Origin: an uncultured Latescibacterota bacterium
GTDB taxonomy: Bacteria; Latescibacterota; UBA2968
Reading direction: 5' to 3'
Assembly (NCBI GenBank): GCA_958295785.1
Contig: OY282377.1
Location: forward strand, 2,880,385 to 2,944,384
DNA: 64,000 nt
A program made the translations under genes and the position numbers. Below, piece after piece: positions 1 to 9,149 of the stretch. The notes under the pieces were generated by a model, which saw only the letters and a list, made by a program, of their open reading frames with translations, was not told where the DNA came from and made no database searches. Positions within the stretch are counted from its first letter, which is position 1. Each line of letters opens with the position of its first letter.

Positions 1-368
1 TCGCGCTGCTGATCGAGCGCAAGGTACTGGATGAAGGGACCTTTCTGTTTATCGACGAACCGGAAGCGCATCTGCATCCGGCCTGGCAGGTCATCATGGC
101 GGAAAGCCTGTTCGAGTTGTCCCGCCAAGGCGTGAACATCGCGATTGCCACGCACAGCGTCGATATCCTCAAATGGCTGGAAGTGCGGGCAAAGAAAAAC
201 CCAGAGGATGAGCAACGCATTGCACTCAACCACTTTTCCGCCACTGGCGTTAATCATTTCAATGCAGACAACGAGGACAACGCCAAAGATGATTTTGAAA
301 CCAAAATGGCAAAGATCAAACAAGAATTGACTAAGCCCTTCTCCGACCTGTATCTGGAGGGGCTATGA
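1..368 (+). CDS. ABC-type (AAA_15/AAA_21-like) ATPase, 5' end outside window
   Basis: The frame from base 3 reads ALLIERKVLDEGTFLFIDEPEAHLHPAWQ...IAIATHS, giving Walker B (FLFIDEPE), D-loop (HLHP) and H-loop (ATHS). The stop overlaps the next start (ATGA). Confidence 0.85.
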   Translation, partial: ALLIERKVLDEGTFLFIDEPEAHLHPAWQVIMAESLFELSRQGVNIAIATHSVDILKWLEVRAKKNPEDEQRIALNHFSATGVNHFNADNEDNAKDDFETKMAKIKQELTKPFSDLYLEGL

Positions 369-961
369 TCGATCTCGAAAAATTCTTGCAGTTGATTGAA
401 CTTGCAGGTACACCGCTTCAAAACCACCATGCCTATCTTATGGATGGCACTTCGCCGCGTCCTGATATGAGAAAAGATGTGGACTTAGGGACTTGTAATT
501 GCTGTGATTATTTTTCGATCATCAATGGGGTTGTCGTCTTGATTGAAGAAACCCAACTCTTGAGACAAATTGAGGATTTGAAAAACGAGTACAATTCTCT
601 TAGAGGCACTGACCAAAATGACCAAATGAAATTTGTCTATAAGTACATTCGGCAAGAAAATCGGCTGAAAGCTTATGGGTCAATGCTCGTCTTATGTCGC
701 TTGGCTGCGGTATGCAAAGATGCGAAAGACCTTTTGGGATCAAAAAAGTATAAGTTTTGGCTCGTCGTTAGCGGCATAAATATGACAGATGCCGAGGAGT
801 TTGAGGCCAAAAGAATTTTTGATAATCTGAAAGACCATTTATACAGCGACCTGAAAAGCGTCTTAGGAAAAGAAATGGTAGATGATGTCGAAATCGTACC
901 CTCCCATGTATTTGTCGGCAAATTGCCAACGCAGGCTCCATTTTACCAAATGACGCTCTGA
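365..961 (+). CDS. Hypothetical protein coupled to the ATPase; possible PD-(D/E)XK-like nuclease
   Basis: 198-aa AT-rich ORF with an ATGA overlap to the ATPase. The motif CDYF...VVLIEE resembles a restriction-fold core but lacks the canonical ExK. Confidence 0.6.
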   Translation: MIDLEKFLQLIELAGTPLQNHHAYLMDGTSPRPDMRKDVDLGTCNCCDYFSIINGVVVLIEETQLLRQIEDLKNEYNSLRGTDQNDQMKFVYKYIRQENRLKAYGSMLVLCRLAAVCKDAKDLLGSKKYKFWLVVSGINMTDAEEFEAKRIFDNLKDHLYSDLKSVLGKEMVDDVEIVPSHVFVGKLPTQAPFYQMTL

Positions 962-1019
962 AACCGTCGAATAGGGAGAGAGGTTTAAGCGAATTTGAGG
1001 CAATAATCTCGGGGACTAT

Positions 1020-3113
1020 ATGTATCGAAAAAAATGGAGCATGTCATGCTGGACGACAACAAGTTATTGGAGGAAATCCGCTTTGAACAGTATCAGAACA
1101 TTGTGCCATAGAACGCAGCACGGCTTTCGGCCCGTGTTCCGGCTTATCGCGCTCGTCCTACTTGGAGTTCTCGTAGCCGCCTGCTCTGAGGACCCAGCGG
1201 TGACGGCCACTCCCGAAGAGGGGCCGGCTCTCACCACTCATCTGTACGCGCTGGAGAGCGAGTCCGTCAGACTCGAAAGTTTCGACGGAAACGGCGGGGC
1301 CATTGAAAGCATAGGTGAGGACCTGCTTGTCGTTACGCCGAAGGGAAGGTTTGCCCTGGTCTTCCCGGACACTGTGGAATATCTCGACGGTCTGGTTCCT
1401 ATGAATTATACGGGGCTGCAATCAAGCCCAATCAGCGAGCATCCTGATTTCGACCTATACCCATTTCGAGTCGCCGATATTCTGCTGAAAGAGATTGAGG
1501 AAGGGTACATACTATTTGCTACCCATCACTATTTCACCGGAGAATGTGTCCGGTTCAGGTTGTCATCCACGACGCTGGTTCGGGAAGGACAGAGGTTGAC
1601 AGTCCTGCCGGATTGGAGAACGATATTCGATGCGGAGCCATGTTTGGAACAACTTGATGGATGGCAGAATGCAGGCGGGAAGATGCTGACGGATGGAGAA
1701 GAACACTTACTCGTAACAATCGGCAACCATAAATATGGACAGTGCCTCATTCCTTCTAACCTGCATATAAGCAAACTCGTTCGCATTGAAATCGAAACGG
1801 GAGAATCGGAGATATTTGCCACCGGTATTCGCAACTCACAAGGGCTGGCGCGGGACTCGGAAGGCAACCTCTGGGCGACGGATCACGGGCGGCAAGGGGG
1901 GGACGAACTGAACCTGTTACGGGAGGGAGCCGATTATGGCTGGCCGCTGGTCTCTTATGGCATTGACTACGGCGGTGTCGCTCTCCGGCTGGTCGAAGAC
2001 GAGATGGTGGGCCGGCACGACGGCTCCCTGCGGCCGGCGTTCGCATGGGTCCCAAGCATAGCCGTTTCCGCCATCGCCATCAACGACGAGGAGCATCTTC
2101 CCTTGTGGAAAGACGACCTGCTGGTTGCTTCGCTGGCCGGTCAATCCCTCTTCCGAGTCCGCCGCTACGGGACGGACGTGCAGTATGTCGAAAGGATCGA
2201 ACTCGGCTATCGGATACGAGACATTACGGTTATGCCGGACGGACGCATAGCCCTGCTGCGCGATGGGGGGTGGGTCTATTTTCTGAGCCGTTCCGCGAGG
2301 TACTGCAATGAAGAAGCGTGGAATCAGCGCAATGTGTACTCAGTCAACTGCGATTCCATCGCCGCATCGCCAGCACTGGACTCACCGGGCGCGGGAGACT
2401 CGGGGCCGGCAGTTCCGCCCTTACGCGGAAATCTGGGGAGATACACGGCGGCCGGCGCTCAGCTATTCGACCAGCACTGCCGCAACTGTCACAACCTGAA
2501 CGCCGAGCAGCACAGCACCGGGCCTCACGGCGCCGGGCCGCACCTGTTTGGCGTCATCGGGCGGCGAGCGGGCGAGGTCGGAGGCTACCGATTTTCGGCT
2601 GCGTTCAATTCGCTGGACGTCGTCTGGACGCAGGAACGCATCAAGCAGTTTCTCACTGACCCGGAGCAGTTCGCTCCAGGCACGTCCATGTCGTCGTCTG
2701 GCATTGGCGAAGCGGAAGCCCGCGCCATAGCCAACTACATCAGCACCCTCAACGACCTGGAGGAGGTGGTCAGAAATCGCGAACCGGCAGTCCGCTCCGA
2801 CTTTGACGTATATCTCAGCGAAAACATGCTGGTCTATGCCAGGGAGCCGTGCGCCCGCGCCGACACGGAGGCGATGTTCTTTCTGCACGTCCTCCCCATC
2901 AACCCAAATGACCTCCCAGACCATCGCAAGCAGTACGGCTTTGACAACCTGGACTTCGATTTCGAGGGGCACGGCATGAGAATTGACGGGAGATGTATGG
3001 CGACGGTGGCTCTCCCGGGGTATGACATTATCCGCATCATGACCGGCCAGTACGTGCGCGTGGACAGCGATTTCGATAACCTCTGGGCAACGGAAATCCA
3101 CTATGAACAGTAA
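1020..3113 (+). CDS. Lipoprotein PQQ-dependent glucose/sorbosone dehydrogenase (GSDH) fused to a class I cytochrome c and a C-terminal accessory domain
   Basis: Lipobox LVAAC; GSDH motifs GIRNSQGL, TDHGRQGGDELN and YGWP; heme motif CRNCH with GPHLFGVIGRRAG and PGTSM. The true start is probably downstream of 1020. Confidence 0.85.
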   Translation: MYRKKWSMSCWTTTSYWRKSALNSIRTLCHRTQHGFRPVFRLIALVLLGVLVAACSEDPAVTATPEEGPALTTHLYALESESVRLESFDGNGGAIESIGEDLLVVTPKGRFALVFPDTVEYLDGLVPMNYTGLQSSPISEHPDFDLYPFRVADILLKEIEEGYILFATHHYFTGECVRFRLSSTTLVREGQRLTVLPDWRTIFDAEPCLEQLDGWQNAGGKMLTDGEEHLLVTIGNHKYGQCLIPSNLHISKLVRIEIETGESEIFATGIRNSQGLARDSEGNLWATDHGRQGGDELNLLREGADYGWPLVSYGIDYGGVALRLVEDEMVGRHDGSLRPAFAWVPSIAVSAIAINDEEHLPLWKDDLLVASLAGQSLFRVRRYGTDVQYVERIELGYRIRDITVMPDGRIALLRDGGWVYFLSRSARYCNEEAWNQRNVYSVNCDSIAASPALDSPGAGDSGPAVPPLRGNLGRYTAAGAQLFDQHCRNCHNLNAEQHSTGPHGAGPHLFGVIGRRAGEVGGYRFSAAFNSLDVVWTQERIKQFLTDPEQFAPGTSMSSSGIGEAEARAIANYISTLNDLEEVVRNREPAVRSDFDVYLSENMLVYAREPCARADTEAMFFLHVLPINPNDLPDHRKQYGFDNLDFDFEGHGMRIDGRCMATVALPGYDIIRIMTGQYVRVDSDFDNLWATEIHYEQ

Positions 3114-3294
3114 CGGGAACGACCTACAAGGCTTCGCACTAAACAATGGGAACTATATACTTGCCAACCCTAAACATTCTTGTTATATTTATCCAAGTTA
3201 CGAATTAACAAGGGGGTGTATGATGGCAAAGCAGCTTAGTTTCGTCGCGTTCACACAGAAGTTTGCCACGCCTGAAGCGTGTATTTTGCACCTT

Positions 3295-4387
3295 TAGGAC
3301 TTACGCAATTTCCATTGGAATATGAGGTGCTTTGAGTTGTTGTCTCAAGAAGTCAGCCACCCCCCGGTATTTGACTTGATAAATGGTTTGTCCTGTTTGA
3401 TAGGCCACCTGCGCGAGTCGAATCCAAACTAACATCGCACACCCAATATGATTTCGTACCATGCGTGCCAACCGGCATTGACACTTTTCAAGCCCGGTCA
3501 CCTGTTTGACTTCGCGGTGAAATTGCTCAATTTTCCATCGTTGGTGACACACCTGTTGTACCCCTGAAGAATCGTTTTGAGCATGGTCGTTAGTCACGAC
3601 ATACGCCGTGCGTCTATCAGAAGACGCCACCCGGAATAATTTCACTTTGTGGTCTTTGGGGAACCCTCTGATTTTAATTGACTTGCCTTGTTTGCGTTGC
3701 GCTTTCGTCCAAGTTAAGCTATCTACGCGCTGGTAGGGGATTGTGCCTGCCGAATCGTCCACGCGCCGGTTCGTCTTGAGGGGATAATAATAGGTTTTTT
3801 GCATCTGCTCTATGTGTAGCATGACCGTTTTAGTCGCATACCCACTGTCCATCAAGACCCCGGTAAAAGGAAGGCGCTTCTGATAGACCAACCCAGAGAG
3901 CATGTCCTTGAGATGATCCAATTTGGTTTTGCCATCGCCTTGCGGGTCATAAATCCGATAGTCAATCAGCCAGAACCGATCCTGTTGCGGATTGACATAG
4001 ACACATGTGACCACCCCGATGCCGTTGATGACGCCTTGGGCGTTGCCGCTATATTGACGGCGCACTAACGCGATCTTGCGTGCGTGTCGCTTGTCTAAAA
4101 CCGTGTCATCAAAGATCACATAGCCTTCAGGCGTCAACGCGATGGGGGCTTTGACGTGTTCCCACACCAAGCGGGGGGGGGATACGCGCACCGGCGAGAT
4201 AGCGGTTGATCCTATCATGACTGAACCCTTCGCTATGGTCGGCGAAATGGGGCAGGGTATCGTTGAGGGGACTGCTAAGCAGATACTGACAGTAATCCAA
4301 ACGCGTCGGTTGGCGCATTGACACCTCCTCAAAGTGATAAATTTTACGGAATTGCACCCTTTTTTAACTCAGCATGCGTAAGTCCTA
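3295..4387 (-). mobile_element. IS701-family insertion sequence nested in the IS1595 transposase
   Basis: Perfect 13-bp TIR TAGGACTTACGCA / TGCGTAAGTCCTA; 5-bp TSD ACCTT at 3290-3294 and 4388-4392. Confidence 0.92.
3301..4318 (-). pseudogene. IS701-family DDE transposase, frameshifted at a G9 run (4173-4181)
   Basis: The N-terminus MRQPTRLDYCQYLL and the body IFDDTVLDK...VLMDSGY...RWKIEQFHREVKQ lie in different frames. This may be a homopolymer sequencing error. Confidence 0.85.
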
Positions 4388-5258
4388 ACCTTGAAAAGAT
4401 ACGCTTTAAGGATGGCGAGTCTTGTCCGCATTGTGGTAGTATGGGAAAAATCTATCGTCGTTCTGATTTGGCGTATCGGTGCTCGGATTGTGGGCGTAAT
4501 TTTCATATGATTTACGGAACGATGTTTGGCGCGTCAAAAATCAAGATGTTGCCTAAATGGTTCGCCGCAATATGGATTGAAACGAACCCCTCAAAAGGTA
4601 TTTCAAGCGTTCAGTTGGCTAAAATGATCGGTACAACGCAAAAGACCGCTTGGTTTATGCTTCAAAGAATACGAAACGCTTTTGGCAACAAAGACGATGA
4701 TGATGATGATTTTCTGTCTGGTATCGTTGAAATTGATGAAACCTACATCGGTGGCAAAGAAAAGAACAAACATAAATCCAAAAAGTTGAATGCGGGTCGC
4801 GGAACAGTAGGTAAATCGGTTGCTTTCGGAATGCGGGAAAAAGGGGAAGATGGTGAGGCAATGGCGGTTCATGTACAGGACGCAAAAGGGGCAACATGAC
4901 ACGAGAAGATGTTGAACCGGGTATTGACGGGCGCAACTATTCATGCAGACGAGAACCGCGCATACGGCGCGTTGAGGGATGATTACGAAGGGGAACAAAT
5001 CAATCATTCTGCCGACGAATATGAACGCGATGGTGTCCATACGAACGCCATTGAGAGTTTGTGGGCACGGGTTAAGCGTGTCTATATGGGTATTCATCAC
5101 CACGGGTCAGACAAACACATGCAAAAGGACCTGAATGCTTGCGTGTTTCGCATCAATCGAAAAAAGGGTGATACCTTAAGTCGTGTTGATGAGATGTTGA
5201 ATATGGCGATGGGCGCACGGTTGACTTACAAGCAACTTATAGCCAGTGAGGGGGTTGC

Positions 5259-5436
5259 ATGAACAACCTTTATGGCACAAGCGGGCGATATGGAAGTCAA
5301 CGGGAAATGTTATCCACGCATGCAAATGTTATCCGTTCCTGAAAGACTCGAAGGAAAACGTTTTAAAACGTTAGATGTTAGGGGCAGGCATGCCGAAAAT
5401 CAGAGGTCGCTTGCATTCAACACCAAAAACCCGTGA
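5259..5436 (+). pseudogene. Remnant passenger gene of the IS1595, resembling the two ends of a DNA methyltransferase/Mrr-type protein
   Basis: The start MNNLYG overlaps the transposase stop. Another frame reads MAQAGDMEVNGKCYPRMQMLSVPERLEGKRF, which resembles the YPRxQxLTxxExLEG tails of such proteins. Confidence 0.45.
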
Positions 5437-5536
5437 TTACTTTAACAAGAAGATTTAGGTTGTCAAGTATATAATCCCCTAAACAATCTGTGGCGCGCCC
5501 TGATTGTGCTCTATCAGAACATAAGTACTCTGTAAA

Positions 5537-6694
5537 TTAAGTTATTTTAAGTTTTGAATTGTCTGGATAAACGCGTTGATAATGGGCATTCATCTTGTCT
5601 CTGGCCTTGGGCAAAGTGAACTGCCAATTCAAGGGAATGCCCTTGGCCTCCCGCTCCTGAAAGAAGGCCAAAACTTCCCGGCGCAGTTCCGCCTGCGTCG
5701 CAATGCGCCTATTCAAACATCCTCGCGCCAGAGCCGAAAATTCGATCTCGATCATGTTCAACCAACTCGCCGACTTGGGAGTAAAGAAGAACTCAAACTT
5801 CTGCGCGAGGGCAAACGCCTCATCGGCCGGCAAGGAACGATAGAAGGCATGGCGGGTATGCGTGTTGAGATTGTCTTGCACCAAGCGGATTTTCTCCGCT
5901 TGTGGCCAATGCTGTGTCAGGGCCTGACAAAAGTGGGTGTATTCCTTCATCGTGCGCCGAGGATAGATTTCGGCAAGCCGTTTGCCGCTTAAAGGCTCAA
6001 TGGCGGCCAACAGCGCACACGAGCCGCGATCTCATCGCCGCCCACTTCGCCTGCGCCCAGCTTAAAGGCTCAATGGCGGCCAACAGCGCACACGAGCCGT
6101 GTTTGGTATAGGCATCATGTTCTTTGGTCACTTGGCCTGTTGTCAGGGGCAAGGGATCAAGGACTTGTCCGATGAGAAAACAGGGACGTTCATCAAAGCA
6201 GACCACAGGAACATTGGGATCATGAGGTTGGTCATACAGCCAAAGCAAGGCTTCCATGCGTGCGAGAAAGGACGCATTCACTTTGCGGATACACCATGTT
6301 TTCTTCAAGTGGGGCTTCAATTCGTTTTTTTGAGACTCGTTTTAACATGCGTGTGTGAGAGATGCTCACAAGAGCCCAATGCCACGCAGTGATCCGCCAA
6401 GAGGCGCAACGTCCATCTGCCATGGCCTGCCGGGGGGGTTGAACAGGCCAAGGCGGTGATTTGGGCCCGTTGCTTGCCGGTCATCTCCACCGGGCGTCCC
6501 GGCCGCGGGGCATCTTTGAGGCTGTCCAAGCCGAGGGTGCGGTATTTCTTTGCCCAATGACTCAGGGTCTGCCCGGTCATGCCGAGGGTTTGAGCCCCTT
6601 GGGTGTAGGTTTTGCCTCGGTCGAGTTCAAGCAAGCCCAAGGCGCGTTTGTAGATTCGGGCTTTTTGGTTGCCTTTGGTGATCAAGGCGGTCAA
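5537..6694 (-). pseudogene. IS630 transposase (orfA/orfB with slippery A7), broken by a 73-bp insertion/duplication
   Basis: HTH part DAPRPGRP...RWTLRLLA; DDE part VCFDERP, QDNLNTH and SWLNMIEIEFS. A7 slippery site near 6325-6331. The N-terminus appears truncated. Confidence 0.88.
5987..6099. repeat. 40-bp perfect direct repeat flanking a 33-bp unique insert
   Basis: GCTTAAAGGCTCAATGGCGGCCAACAGCGCACACGAGCCG at 5987-6026 and 6060-6099; insert at 6027-6059. Confidence 0.97.
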
Positions 6695-9149
6695 ATGGAA
6701 ATAACAAATTATTTAATTTACAGAGTAATAAGTACGGGGGGCCTGCCTCCCCGGCTACGCAACGCGCTGTTCGTCCTGTTCATCGGGGGCATCCTGGCCT
6801 ACGGGGCCGGGTTTGCCTGGTACATGCTCGCCCGCTTCGATCTCGTCAACCTGATCCGCGATGTGAACGGAGACGACTCCTTCTATTACTTCCAGATCGC
6901 CCGCAACTTGGCCGAGGGGAAGTTCTCCACTTTCGACGGCGGCATCACGCGCACCAACGGCTACCATCCCCTCTGGCTATTTCTGATCACGCCGTTCTAC
7001 TGGGTATTCGACAAGGAAGCGGTGCTGTTCGCCATCAAGGCGTTCGAGATCATGCTCATCGCCGGCGGCGTGGCCCTCGTCGCCGCAGCCGCCCGGCTGG
7101 CACGCATGCCCTATATTCTGCTGTTCGCCGCGCTGCCGATGCTCTACCACCAGCACCACGCCTTGATTGCAGGAATGGAAGCGGCGGCAGGACTGTTCAT
7201 GCTCGGCCTGTTCACTCTGGCCGCCTGTCTCTTTGCGCGAAGCCCGGCGCGGTGGAAGTGGCCGCTGGCCGCGGTCACCTTTGCCCTGCCCTGGGTGCGC
7301 TTGGAGTACATCGCCATATCGCTGGCGGGGACTGCGGTGCTGTGCCTCGTCGAGTGGTCGAGGCAGGAGCGAGCGCCCGGCGCGCCACTCGGAGAACGGG
7401 CGCGTTCCGCACGCTCCGTCAAGGCGGCCGCCCCGTTTCTCGGCACGGTCGGCGGCATCCTGGCGTACTTCGCCTACAACAAGCTCGTCTTCGGGGGCGT
7501 GACGCCTGTGAGCGGCGCGACCAAGCAGATGTGGTCGGAGCGGTTATGGGAGCAGGAAGGCGGGTACAGCTTCGTTCAGAACTTCTGGGATGTCTTGCAG
7601 ATTCCCGCCTTCGACTACGAGCTGCTGGTCGCGCTGGAGGTCTGCGCCTACGTCGTTCTGGTCTGGTGGTCCTCCCCCCCCCCACGTTCCAGGGGCTGGA
7701 CAGACCGGTTGCTGTTGGCCTTCCTGGTGTGCGTGTTCGGCTTGGCGGTCGGCCACCTCGCCAAGTTCGCTCAGACCGTTCTCACTGTGCATCCCAACTG
7801 GGGGAGTTATGCCTGGTACTTCGTCCCGGCATACCTGATGATGGTGCTTATTATTCCCGTAAGGTGCTATGTCGCCATCCACTTCATCCGCCGTTTCCTC
7901 GACCCGAAGTCGCCCCGGATAGCCAACCTCCTGAGCATGGGCATCGTTGTTGTCGGAACAGCCTTCCTGTTTACCAAGGCGGACTTCACGGGGCCATTCC
8001 GGTTGGTTGACCGTCTTGGCAAGTCAACCCGCCTCAAAATGAAGGTTATTTCTTATATGGGTGTGCAGGTTATGGACCGTGTGCTGCCCGAGGACAGCGT
8101 GGTCGGGGCGTGGGACGCCGGCGTCATCGGGTATTTCTCTCGCTATCCGGTGGTGAACCTGGATGGCCTGGTCAATTCCTACGAATACCTGCGCGCCCTA
8201 AGGGAAGGAACCGAGGCCACGTTCCACCAACGATACGGGATTACCCATTTCGCCATCGTCGAGTTCCTGCAGGAAGGAACCGAGGTCCACGTTCTGCCAG
8301 CAGTACGGGATTACCTGGCTCGAAAACGTCGAGAGCGCCCGGCCGTGGGTGCGATCCTGTTCGAAGGCTCGCAATATCGCCATAACAGAAAGAACGTACT
8401 GTACAAACGCCAATTCAGACTCCTGGCTCCCAAGCCGCCGGAGATGTCATCGGGCGGGATCAATCGTCCCGACTGGTTCTGGCAGCGGATGGCACCGCAC
8501 TTCGACCACTGGTCGGACAGCGTCGGGCTGATTGTGGACGGACGGATGGCGCAGGCGTTCGTCAGAGATTGCACGCCGGACGAACTGGCAGTGTGGTCCT
8601 GGGCCGGACCAGGGGATGGAACGGCCGCCAGCGTCTGGACGCAAACGGGGTTGTGCGTCACCGCCGCCGTTCTGCCCCCCACCATATCGAGTCCGGTTCG
8701 GTTAGAGACAATGTCAGTAAGCGATTGGGGGTCGGGGCAGCTGGGTGGCGGCCGGCCGATCATCCGCTCCGACTGGGATGTGTATGTTGTCGGGAACAGT
8801 CTCATCTACAAGAAGGAGCAGTGTACCCCGGAGGACGTGGAACCAACCTTCTTCCTCCACCTGTATCCGGTTGACATGAACGACCTCCCCAGCCATCGCA
8901 AGCAGTACGGTTTCGACAACCTGGACTTCGCTTTCAGGAATCACCGTATCCCCATCAAGGGAGAAGTCTGTGCAGCGGTACGGGCACTGCCCGATTACGC
9001 CATCGCCGCGATCCGCACCGGCCAGTTCACCGGCGAGGGCCTGATCTGGGAGGGCAGTTTCGATGTTGTCGAGCCGGCGGATGACGGGAAAGCCGCGCAA
9101 TGAACGGCGGGGGCGAAACAGCGCTACTGGTTTGCGCCACATCAGGGAC

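Larger units (their letters stand above)
3220..5262 (+). pseudogene. IS1595 (ISXO2-like) transposase, split by IS701 and carrying an in-frame TGA at 4897-4899
   Basis: MMAKQLSF...EACILHL joins EKIRFKDGESCPHCG (zinc ribbon); motifs VEIDETYIGG and HTNAIESLW. Confidence 0.9.
3148..5479 (+). mobile_element. IS1595-family insertion sequence (degenerate; carries a nested IS701)
   Basis: Imperfect TIRs GGGAACTATATACTTGCCAACC and GGTTGTCAAGTATATAATCCCC; 8-bp TSD TAAACAAT at 3140-3147 and 5480-5487. Confidence 0.92.
5526..6727 (-). mobile_element. IS630-family insertion sequence (degenerate)
   Basis: 15-bp TIR TACTCTGTAAATTAA / TTAATTTACAGAGTA, flanked by ATAAG at 5521-5525 and 6728-6732. Confidence 0.9.
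3103..9103 (+). pseudogene. GT-C-like polytopic membrane glycosyltransferase (paralog 1), disrupted at its 5' end by IS1595(+IS701) and IS630
   Basis: Joining 3103-3147, 5488-5525 and 6733-9103 gives one frame: MNSNGNDLQGFALNN-LWRALIVLYQNI-STGGLPPRLRNALF... It has DDSFYYFQIARN and TNGYHPLW motifs and many TM segments. Confidence 0.85.

Noticed and set aside
5987..6099. Calling this a true CRISPR array
   Set aside because: There are only two repeats, the repeat is transposase coding sequence, and there is no leader or cas gene in the window. It is kept only as a possible ectopic integration scar.
6461..6732. N-terminal 90 aa of the 880-aa ORF
   Set aside because: It is the antisense strand and end of the IS630; the native N-terminus is at 3103-3147 plus 5488-5525.
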